Program-made: the position numbers and the translations under genes | DNA from: Candidatus Methanoperedens sp. | Lineage (GTDB): Archaea > Halobacteriota > Methanosarcinia > Methanosarcinales > Methanoperedenaceae | DNA: 32,000 nt | NCBI GenBank assembly: GCA_027460535.1 | Contig: JAPZAR010000014.1 | Location: 60,001-92,000 of the forward strand | Direction of reading: 5' to 3' | Part shown: positions 1 through 6,976 of the stretch, in pieces | How the letters are laid out: each line of letters opens with the position of its first letter | Numbering within the stretch: the stretch's first letter is position 1 | Notes under the pieces: generated by a model | What the model was told of the DNA's origin: nothing | The model's input: only the letters and a program-made list of their open reading frames with translations | The model's database searches: none

Positions 1-1634
1 GGTGTATCTTCTAACATCGGAACTCTTGCTGTCAGTGTTTTTCCGTTGTATAATACAATATTACCGGAATGTATACCTGTCGATAAGCCTGATGGAATTC
101 CTACTGAAGCAGTTATGCTTTTTGTCTGTCCCGGATTGATTGTGACTTTGTCCTTTGAGAATTTTACTGTGAGATCCCCTGTATATTTCAAGGACAGTGT
201 TATTTTATTTTTTCCATTGTTAATGATTTTAAGTGTTTCCTTGTTGTTTGTACCTGGATTCTTTAAATAACTTAAACTAACAGGGCTTATGGTAACAATA
301 TTATCCACAGCCGCTAGAGCATCTATCCTTCCTGCACCCTGGGTTATGGGATCATATCCAAGGTCAACGCCTGTATTCATCAACCGTTGCTTTATCTGCT
401 CATTAGTCAGACCCGGATGTGCCTGTAACATCAGGGCTGCAACTCCTGAAACATGTGGGGTTGCCATGGAGGTTCCAGATAGGGCCATATAATATTTATC
501 TACTCCATAACCTGGATACCATTCTCCCAGCAATGATCCTGCTGATAAGGTTGAAACGATCCCCAATCCCGCTGGATTTGAATCTATATACGCTGCGCCA
601 CCAGGAGCGACTACTTCAGGCTTGATCCTGTGATCCCATGTCGGTCCCTGGGAACTATAATCCGCGATCTTATCCATTTTTGTGCTTGCACCTACTGCAA
701 TTACCTTCTCGGCAGTCGCAGGTGAGCCAATAAGGAAAGGCGCACCACTATTTCCAGCCGCGACTATTACAACAACACCCGCATCTACGGCTGCATTAGC
801 TGTCATAGCCACAGGATCAGTGCCGTCCGGCGGCCATACATCTGTCCCAAGGCTCATGGAAATTATATCAGCACCATTATCGACTGCATACTCCATCCCT
901 GACATAACTGATGATGCTAAACCAGATCCATCATTACCAAGGACTTTTACGTTCATTAACGATGCTCCTGGAGCCACTCCTTTATATTTACCATTGGAAG
1001 ATGCTCCGCTGCTCGCTATTATGCCTGCCACATGAGTGCCATGGCCAAATCCGTCCTCTGGTGATTCACCATTTACAAAAGATATCTCATCAACGACCTT
1101 ACCCTTCAGGTCTGGATGATTTGAATCTATACCAGTATCGATCACCGCTACCTTTACTCCGGTTCCATCATATCTCGACCATAATGAATTCGCTTTAATT
1201 ATTGGGACACTATCAAATAGGGCAACTGTTACTTTGAAATCTTCATATATCCTATCAACTTCATCAAGGTTGGCAATATCCTGGATGTCTTTAGCTTTCA
1301 CTTTAGTAGAATATGCGTTCGCCATTTTATGATATTTTATTTTCTTACCCAAGGCTTTTGGTTTTGAACCCAGGGTTAGAAAGTTATTCACATTGTCTTT
1401 ATTTTTATCTTTCTTAATTATAATAATTATATCTTTTTCTTCCTCTTTGTTCTTTTCCATTGATTCCAGGAGTTTTGATTGGATTTTTGAGTCCTGAAAT
1501 TCAATCTTTTGATTTACAATAGTCTTGTAGCCATTTAATTTTCCAGCTTCAAGTTTAGCCCCAACTGTTGGGGTAAAAAGACTTGAAACTATTGCAATGC
1601 CTATAAGCAAAGCTAATATATATTTTTGTTTCAT
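1..1634 (-). CDS. Secreted subtilisin-like serine protease (peptidase S8); the 3' end runs off the window start
   Basis: Absent from the ORF track because it has no in-window stop. My reverse-strand translation starts at ATG (comp. 1634-1632), preceded by GAGGTGG (comp. 1642-1648). It gives MKQKYILALLIGIAIVSS... (signal peptide), a charged propeptide, then the S8 triad motifs VAVIDTGID (Asp codon ~1138-1140), HGTHVAG (His ~1041-1043) and GTSMATPHV (Ser ~468-470). The + strand ORFs at 289-1198 are antisense shadows of this gene. Confidence 0.9.
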   Translation of the reverse strand, partial: MKQKYILALLIGIAIVSSLFTPTVGAKLEAGKLNGYKTIVNQKIEFQDSKIQSKLLESMEKNKEEEKDIIIIIKKDKNKDNVNNFLTLGSKPKALGKKIKYHKMANAYSTKVKAKDIQDIANLDEVDRIYEDFKVTVALFDSVPIIKANSLWSRYDGTGVKVAVIDTGIDSNHPDLKGKVVDEISFVNGESPEDGFGHGTHVAGIIASSGASSNGKYKGVAPGASLMNVKVLGNDGSGLASSVMSGMEYAVDNGADIISMSLGTDVWPPDGTDPVAMTANAAVDAGVVVIVAAGNSGAPFLIGSPATAEKVIAVGASTKMDKIADYSSQGPTWDHRIKPEVVAPGGAAYIDSNPAGLGIVSTLSAGSLLGEWYPGYGVDKYYMALSGTSMATPHVSGVAALMLQAHPGLTNEQIKQRLMNTGVDLGYDPITQGAGRIDALAAVDNIVTISPVSLSYLKNPGTNNKETLKIINNGKNKITLSLKYTGDLTVKFSKDKVTINPGQTKSITASVGIPSGLSTGIHSGNIVLYNGKTLTARVPMLEDT

Positions 1635-1949
1635 ATTTATTCCACCTCTAAAGTAAACAAGATTATTTTATTTATTCAGTGCATCACTTTTTTTTGTAAA
1701 TCTCGTCTATTAATCGTCCAGTTTGTTTTGATTCAATAAGTACTTTTTGGTCACAATGATAATGTTGCTCATTAGATGGGTTATTTTTAATAAAGTGATA
1801 TTTTAACTCACATTCGTAAAATATTATTTTGCCGAATAAATTATCACAGCAATTCGTGCGAAAAAGCACGCTATGGATTATAAATTCAAAGATAAAAATG
1901 ATATACAATGGGCGCACATGTTAATTTGCTTAAATGCGGAAAAACCATT

Positions 1950-2213
1950 ATGGTCAATGTCACCATCTATTCGAAAAAAGATTGTCATTTATGCCATATT
2001 GCGAAAGAAATACTTCTAAAAATCCAGCACGAAATTCCTTTTTCATTGACAGAAATTGACATTGAAAAAGATAAAAACGCTTTTGAAAAATACAAATGCC
2101 TGATACCGGTACTTGAGATAGATGGTGAAATAGCTTTCAATTACAGGATAAACGAGGATAAATTAAAAATGATCCTCATGCGGAAGGCTCTACCTCAATG
2201 TACAGAGGAATGA
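1950..2213 (+). CDS. Glutaredoxin-like small redox protein (thioredoxin fold, DUF836/glutaredoxin_2-like)
   Basis: ORF 1908-2213. From the internal Met at 1950 it reads MVNVTIYSKKDCHLCHIAKEIL...IPVLEIDGE, i.e. the beta-strand / CxxC / helix start and IPV-x-DG motif of small glutaredoxin-like proteins. The 14-aa N-terminal extension from 1908 looks untypical, so the start is uncertain. Confidence 0.7.
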   Translation: MVNVTIYSKKDCHLCHIAKEILLKIQHEIPFSLTEIDIEKDKNAFEKYKCLIPVLEIDGEIAFNYRINEDKLKMILMRKALPQCTEE

Positions 2214-2361
2214 TGCTTATCAAAGCTCCCAGGCCGAAAAGAGCAAGGGCAACAGAATAATTGCCCTTTGTCACTCTGTCTATGCTGAATGCCAGGATCA
2301 CCAATCCTATGATCTTGGTGACCGCATCTAACTTCTCATATTTTGACTTTGACAGTTTCAT
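2176..2361 (-). CDS. 61-aa two-TM membrane protein, last gene of the Rieske/cyt b operon (function unknown)
   Basis: This is the internal Met of track ORF 2176-2505: MKLSKSKYEKLDAVTKIIGLVILAFSIDRVTKGNYSVALALFGLGALISIIPLYIEVEPSA. Its ATG (comp. 2361-2359) overlaps the TGA of the upstream gene (comp. 2360-2358) as ATGA, a classic translational coupling. The upstream part of the 109-aa ORF merely overlaps the subunit-IV gene in another frame. Confidence 0.55.
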   Translation of the reverse strand: MKLSKSKYEKLDAVTKIIGLVILAFSIDRVTKGNYSVALALFGLGALISIIPLYIEVEPSA

Positions 2362-2819
2362 TCGCCGTGAACAATCCCATAGTATGTGAAGAACAGCACG
2401 CCTATGAGGGCAATAACGCCAAGAGCGACCGCAATTTTTCTTTTCCTGATATCCGAGGACGGGTTCCTGTCTATGAACGGCACCAGTATCAATAGGCCGT
2501 ACCACAGGATCATGGGCACTGTTACACCGATGATTTTTGCAGGTAGAGGTCCAACGTCAAAGGTCCAGAATTTCAGGAAACCAAAGACATACAGGAAATA
2601 CCACTCCGGGTATATCGGGGTTGGCGTATCGAATGGATCGGCGGGTTTAAGCAGGCCCGCCGGGTAAAGCGATGCCAGCAGTATGAGGCTTCCCGCAATA
2701 AGACACATGACCACAACTTCCCTGAGTACGAAATGAGGAAAGAAAGGAAGCCCTCGAACGCGTATGGGTTCACTGGATTGTTCTTCGACTTCATGCTTTT
2801 CAACTTCTATCAATGCCAT
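2358..2819 (-). CDS. Cytochrome b C-terminal domain protein (b6f subunit IV-like / split cytochrome b)
   Basis: 153 aa and 3 predicted TM helices. It carries the Qo-site motif PEWYF (..TPIYPEWYFLYVFGFLK..). It starts 1 nt after the stop of the cytochrome b6-type gene. Confidence 0.9.
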   Translation of the reverse strand: MALIEVEKHEVEEQSSEPIRVRGLPFFPHFVLREVVVMCLIAGSLILLASLYPAGLLKPADPFDTPTPIYPEWYFLYVFGFLKFWTFDVGPLPAKIIGVTVPMILWYGLLILVPFIDRNPSSDIRKRKIAVALGVIALIGVLFFTYYGIVHGE

Positions 2820-2820
2820 A

Positions 2821-3483
2821 TCAAAGCCTCCCGGAAATACCCTGTATCCGGACCATCACAAAATGCAATCCGAGAAGCGCTGCTATTGCCAGTGGTAGTA
2901 TCAATACATGGATGGCAAAGAACCGGGTGATGGTATCAGCGCCGAGATCATTACCTCCCATAAGGATCAAAGCAATATATCCGCCTACGATCGGTATGGA
3001 GCCTGCAATGCCGGTTCCGATCTTCGTGGCCCAATATGAAAGCTGATCCCAGGGGAGAAGGTACCCGGAGAAACCGAAAGTTGTGACCGTAAGGAGAAGG
3101 AAGATACCCACGACCCAGTTCAGCTCACGGGGTTTCTTATAGGCTCCCATGAAGTAGATCCTTATCATGTGGAGCATCACAGCCGCTATCATTGTATTTG
3201 CAGCCCAGTGGTGTATGCTTCGTACGAGACTGCCGAATGGAACGGCGGTCATTATGTGTTGAACACTGTTATATGCGTCTGTAGGTGTGGGTTTGTAGTA
3301 CATTGCCAAAAATATTCCTGTAAGAACAAGAATAATGAAACACAGGAAGGCAGTGCCGCCAAGGCAATACAGGGGATTGGAAACTACCTCAAGAGGGGCC
3401 GGATGCTTGACTATGGGCGGCAGCAGTTCTCTTAGCTTAAACCTGTCATCAAGCCATTTGTAGATTTTTTCATATAAAGTCAT
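2821..3483 (-). CDS. Cytochrome b6-type (N-terminal dihaem cytochrome b of a Rieske/cyt b complex)
   Basis: 220 aa and 4 TM helices. The helix-B His pair is HWAANTMIAAVMLH (13 residues between) and the helix-D pair is HVLILPLAIAALLGLH (14 between, b6/Firmicutes style). The conserved YCLGG cysteine has its codon at comp. 3366-3364. WDQLSYWA is also present. Confidence 0.92.
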   Translation of the reverse strand: MTLYEKIYKWLDDRFKLRELLPPIVKHPAPLEVVSNPLYCLGGTAFLCFIILVLTGIFLAMYYKPTPTDAYNSVQHIMTAVPFGSLVRSIHHWAANTMIAAVMLHMIRIYFMGAYKKPRELNWVVGIFLLLTVTTFGFSGYLLPWDQLSYWATKIGTGIAGSIPIVGGYIALILMGGNDLGADTITRFFAIHVLILPLAIAALLGLHFVMVRIQGISGRL

Positions 3484-3492
3484 ATCATCACC

Positions 3493-3987
3493 TCACGCCG
3501 CCCCGGCATAGAACGAAATGGATTTCACGTAATTCGGGTCTTTCCAGTTGAGCGCATACACAGCGCCTTCTTTCACAACGATATCGATCGCAGGTAATGG
3601 TGAAGGCGGGGGTCCAGAAATCACTGCACCCGTGTTGGGGTCATATTTTCCTATATGGCATGGGCAATAAATTAGGCTCTCATCTGGTTTCCAGTATGCA
3701 ATGCATCCAAGATGTGTGCAAACAGTCCCGAACGCACGAAAGCCTGCAGGCATATGTAAGAGCACTGCGGCCTTGCCGTTGAACGAAAATTTTTTAGCAG
3801 TTCCCGTGGGAACTTCATCAACGGATGCAATCTTAACTTCGGCGGATTCGCCCCTTTTTTCAGTTTGGGGCCACAGGTATTTCAATAACGCTGCAGCCGC
3901 ACCGCCTGCAAAAAAAAGCCCAACAAGGCCAACCAAAATCTCAGTAACCTTTCTTCTCGTGAGTGTGATTACGATCTTATCTCCCAT
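3493..3987 (-). CDS. Rieske [2Fe-2S] protein with N-terminal Tat-like signal anchor
   Basis: It has both Rieske boxes, CTHLGC and CPCHIGKY. The track ORF starts at 4017, but the Met at 3987 is preceded by GGAGTGA at 5 nt and avoids a 26-nt overlap with the upstream gene. From there the protein starts MGDKIVITLTRRKVTEILVGLVGLFFAGG, i.e. an RR motif plus a TM helix, as in Tat-exported Rieske proteins. Confidence 0.9.
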   Translation of the reverse strand: MGDKIVITLTRRKVTEILVGLVGLFFAGGAAAALLKYLWPQTEKRGESAEVKIASVDEVPTGTAKKFSFNGKAAVLLHMPAGFRAFGTVCTHLGCIAYWKPDESLIYCPCHIGKYDPNTGAVISGPPPSPLPAIDIVVKEGAVYALNWKDPNYVKSISFYAGAA

Positions 3988-3991
3988 GTTT

Positions 3992-4267
3992 TCACTCCAA
4001 TGTTGTGACGTATTCATCCTGCAGCAGTCCTTTTACGTACAGGTACAAGATCGCGGCAAAGATGAAAAGGAGGTATGCAAACAACTTCCCAACATCTTCT
4101 ATGAATGTTCTTGAGGACGCCGCAGAGGGATCGCTCGAAATGATTTTCCATATGATGGTACCTGTTATTCCCGCGGCAGCCAGGGTAGATACGATTATTA
4201 AGGCAAATGCTGCCTGTGACCAGAACCCTTCTTTCTCCGGTCCATATTCGACATTTTCTATATGCAT
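3992..4267 (-). CDS. 91-aa two-TM membrane protein of unknown function inside the Rieske/cytochrome operon
   Basis: Track ORF with two clear hydrophobic helices (FALIIVSTLAAAGITGTIIW and LFAYLLFIFAAILYLYV). It sits 9 nt after the monohaem cytochrome gene and 4 nt before the Rieske start. I recognise no motif in it. Confidence 0.6.
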   Translation of the reverse strand: MHIENVEYGPEKEGFWSQAAFALIIVSTLAAAGITGTIIWKIISSDPSAASSRTFIEDVGKLFAYLLFIFAAILYLYVKGLLQDEYVTTLE

Positions 4268-4276
4268 AAATTCACC

Positions 4277-4633
4277 CTATAACCTTATGACGAGAACCAC
4301 TGCCAGTATTACCAAAATAGTGGCGAATGCCCGCAGACCAACGTCCCAGGTGTTCATGTGTACACCTATTTCGATATTTTGCGTGGGTTCAGGGGTGGGA
4401 GTTGCTTTTGGCGCAGGGACATAACCTTCGAACGAATGATTATGTGTCCCGTAATAGACACCTACTTCGTTAAGCTGCGGAGGACCGTCCCTGGCATGGC
4501 AGTAGGGACAGTTGCGGCTTTCCTTGACTGCATATTCGGGTTTTGCCGAAGTCAGAGATGTCGTAACCAGGAGAGCTAATGCAAGAAGTAAAAAAATGTT
4601 ACCTTTGGACATGTTCATTGCTTTACACCTCAT
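4277..4633 (-). CDS. Monohaem c-type cytochrome with signal peptide and C-terminal TM anchor
   Basis: It has a single CPYCH haem-binding motif and an N-terminal signal-like segment (NIFLLLALALLVTTSLTSA). A Pro/Thr linker (PAPKATPTPEPT) leads to a C-terminal helix (LRAFATILVILAVVLVIRL). The ATG at comp. 4633-4631 overlaps the upstream TGA as ATGA. Met6 or Met8 are alternative starts, since AGGTG lies upstream of them. Confidence 0.85.
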   Translation of the reverse strand: MRCKAMNMSKGNIFLLLALALLVTTSLTSAKPEYAVKESRNCPYCHARDGPPQLNEVGVYYGTHNHSFEGYVPAPKATPTPEPTQNIEIGVHMNTWDVGLRAFATILVILAVVLVIRL

Positions 4634-5559
4634 TTTCTGCGCAGCAGCAGGTATATTGCAATAATTCCCGTCAACGACATTATAACGCCGAAACCGGGAG
4701 CTTTTGGCTTGGCTATGGGTAAGCCGGTGTCAAGCTGCGACTGCTGGGCATATTTTGTACCATTATCAATCACGTCCTGAAAATGCGGCAGGTTAAAACT
4801 GTGCCACAGTACCGGCAGACCATCCATTATCGCTATTGCTGTATCAAGGTCTTTCTGGGCCATAGATACATCCTTTCCCTGCTGTTTGGCCTGTCTGATA
4901 GCATCATCGGCTTTCCTAATCTCATTCTTTAAGTTGTCCGCAGATTCTAATGCAGCTATCGCCTTGTCCGGAGCATCGGATGGAGCGATTCTCATGTCTA
5001 TATTGTGGCACTGGCTGCATAGATTATGGAACGCGCTGATATTCAAGACCATGAATTCATGCGGACTGTGACAGGTATCACACGTAGGAGCCTGCTTTAA
5101 TGCTTTTAAATTCTGATAATGCGCAGAATTCCTGAACTGCTCCAATTCATTTACATGACATTTTCCACAGGTCTCGGGCACGTTCCTGTAAAAAATAGTA
5201 CTGTTGGGATCAGAAGATATCAGGATTCCAATATGTGCTTTTTCTTTTATTTCCGAACTGGGGTCTCCACCATGGCAGTTATTACAAGTCACATTGAATA
5301 ATGCATGTTTGGACTTTGTCCACTGCTCATAATTACTCTTGGCGAACTTACTCAGAGTAGTAGTATGGCATTCGAGAGAACATGGTATGTCCCGTGCCAG
5401 ATGCTGAAGTCTAATTTGGTTGAATTGCTGCTCGGTTTCATTGAATGCTGAAAGTTTTTCATGACAGTTCAGACATGAATTATCTGCCAATACTCCAGGT
5501 ACAATGAAAACGGAAAACATTAGTAATATGCCGGATAATATTATTTTATTCAATTTCAT
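4630..5559 (-). CDS. Exported multihaem c-type cytochrome (5 CxxCH + 1 CxxxCH) with PGF-CTERM sorting signal; paralog 2
   Basis: Haem motifs are CLNCH, CSLECH, CNNCH, CGKCH, CDTCH and CSQCH. It has a signal peptide and a helical Ala/Lys/Asp-rich C-terminal domain. The protein ends KAPGFGVIMSLTGIIAIYLLLRRK. The track begins at GTG 5568, but ATG at 5559 with GAGTGAT upstream is the more likely start. Confidence 0.92.
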   Translation of the reverse strand: MKLNKIILSGILLMFSVFIVPGVLADNSCLNCHEKLSAFNETEQQFNQIRLQHLARDIPCSLECHTTTLSKFAKSNYEQWTKSKHALFNVTCNNCHGGDPSSEIKEKAHIGILISSDPNSTIFYRNVPETCGKCHVNELEQFRNSAHYQNLKALKQAPTCDTCHSPHEFMVLNISAFHNLCSQCHNIDMRIAPSDAPDKAIAALESADNLKNEIRKADDAIRQAKQQGKDVSMAQKDLDTAIAIMDGLPVLWHSFNLPHFQDVIDNGTKYAQQSQLDTGLPIAKPKAPGFGVIMSLTGIIAIYLLLRRK

Positions 5560-5643
5560 TCCTATCACTCACTATTTTTCTCTATTGAATCCTGCTTGAC
5601 ATATAAGGTTCACCTTTTTAGTCTCTTCTAATGTAGAGTCCCT

Positions 5644-6606
5644 TTAATGTTTTTTCAGGTAATATGCCAGAAGAAGCACTGAGATCAGCATGATTATTTC
5701 AAATCCGGGTGCCTTAGTGGGCATTGTCGTGGCCTGCGCCGCAGCTGTCATATTTTCTGCATTCCGGGTCATTTCAATACCGTTCTGGACTTCCGTATCG
5801 AAGTAGGTCAAATTGAACCTGTGCCAAACAGATGGGGTATTTTTCAGGATGGCTGTCGCAGCATCCAGATTTGCCTGTGCCTCCGTTACATCCTTACCTT
5901 CTGCTTGTGCAGTAATAATAGAGCTCCTGGCTTTTGAAATTTCAACCTGCAAATCGCTTACCGATGTCAAGGCGTTTTCTGCTTTTTTCGGTACCGTAGG
6001 ATCTACGCCTGTTATTCCATTGTGGCAATTACTGCAGAAATCCTCTATTTCAGAAGCTGTCAGGACACGCACGCTGTGCGCCTGATGGCATGTGATGCAT
6101 GCAGGCGCCAGGACTTGCTCGCCGGATTCCAAATTCTTGAAATGCTGTGAATTCTTGAATTCTGCAAGCTCAGGTTCATGACATTTTCCGCATGTTTCGG
6201 GTGTATTAGCCCGCGCTATGCTGACGTTTGAAAGACCAACATGGGCTTCCTCCTTGGAAGGTGCCGCTGGATTACCCCCATGGCATTTTTCGCAGGTGAC
6301 GCTGAAAAGAGCATGAGTGGATATGGACCATAGAGCATATGTTGAGGCTGTGGTTTTATTGAGTTTATCCTCGTGGCATACGATCGAACAGGAAATGCCG
6401 CTTTCAAGATGCTTGAGGCGTATTTCTATAAACTGCCTCTGTTGTTCGTTAGAAAAGAGCAATTTCCGGTGGCAGTCAGCGCATGAGTTGTTCGGCAAAT
6501 TCGGCGGTGCGGCAGCCACCGGTTGGATCAATAGCTGCAGAGCTGATATTGTCAATAGTACGAAAACTATACCTATTATAATCCTCGAAGCGTTTTTAAA
6601 TTGCAT
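5644..6606 (-). CDS. Exported multihaem c-type cytochrome (5 CxxCH + 1 CxxxCH) with PGF-CTERM sorting signal; paralog 1
   Basis: Haem motifs are CADCH, CSIVCH, CEKCH, CGKCH, CITCH and CSNCH. The signal peptide is ..LLIQPVAAAPP. It is colinear with the downstream paralog, with the same motif order and spacing. The protein ends TKAPGFEIIMLISVLLLAYYLKKH. Confidence 0.92.
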   Translation of the reverse strand: MQFKNASRIIIGIVFVLLTISALQLLIQPVAAAPPNLPNNSCADCHRKLLFSNEQQRQFIEIRLKHLESGISCSIVCHEDKLNKTTASTYALWSISTHALFSVTCEKCHGGNPAAPSKEEAHVGLSNVSIARANTPETCGKCHEPELAEFKNSQHFKNLESGEQVLAPACITCHQAHSVRVLTASEIEDFCSNCHNGITGVDPTVPKKAENALTSVSDLQVEISKARSSIITAQAEGKDVTEAQANLDAATAILKNTPSVWHRFNLTYFDTEVQNGIEMTRNAENMTAAAQATTMPTKAPGFEIIMLISVLLLAYYLKKH

Positions 6607-6976
6607 ATGGCCATCCTATCATGTATAATGATTATTAAATCTTCCCCATATCTGCAAAATACTTAAACTTATCCTTCGATACATGAGAGATGCTTTTTTC
6701 ATACAGAGAAAAGTTGTTTCAACTCTTCTTCAATTCTTTTGGCGGAATTAAAGAGCGTGCTACATTATAGGTAAAAATGCAAATCGGAAGGAGTGATATC
6801 CCCCCGAATGCAATAGTTCCGAGCCTGTAATCGCTATTCATGTATCGGTAGGGCAAGACATCCCGCGCTGCAGGTATTTTGTTATTACTTCGTTGAGTTC
6901 ATTGTCCTTTGTAATTTATCAGCCATAACCTCCCATCCATTGATAGAGCCTGATTTTAGGTTATCAAAGCTTCGGC

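Noticed and set aside
289-1198. Four + strand track ORFs (289-492, 419-625, 682-1035, 911-1198)
   Set aside because: They lie antisense to a continuous minus-strand frame that encodes a complete S8 protease catalytic core (D/H/S motifs). Their own translations are low-complexity Ala/Pro/Thr strings typical of shadow ORFs.
1684-1917. 77-aa minus-strand ORF in the protease / glutaredoxin divergent spacer (contains several Cys/His)
   Set aside because: It is very AT-rich, has no SD and no recognisable fold or motif, and its start overlaps the alternative start of the + strand gene. It is more likely promoter DNA. A small zinc-binding protein cannot be fully excluded.
2362-2505. N-terminal 48 codons of the 109-aa track ORF 2176-2505
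   Set aside because: This part overlaps the well-supported subunit IV-like gene in another frame and reads as Arg/Cys/His-rich nonsense. The internal ATG that forms an ATGA junction with the upstream stop is the sensible start.
6607-6976. Promoter of the cytochrome operon, and a 40-codon minus-strand ORF starting at 6841
   Set aside because: AT-rich TATA-like strings exist (e.g. TTTAATAA ~35 nt upstream of the 6606 ATG), but several are equally plausible and I cannot place a TSS from sequence alone. The small ORF lacks an SD and any motif.
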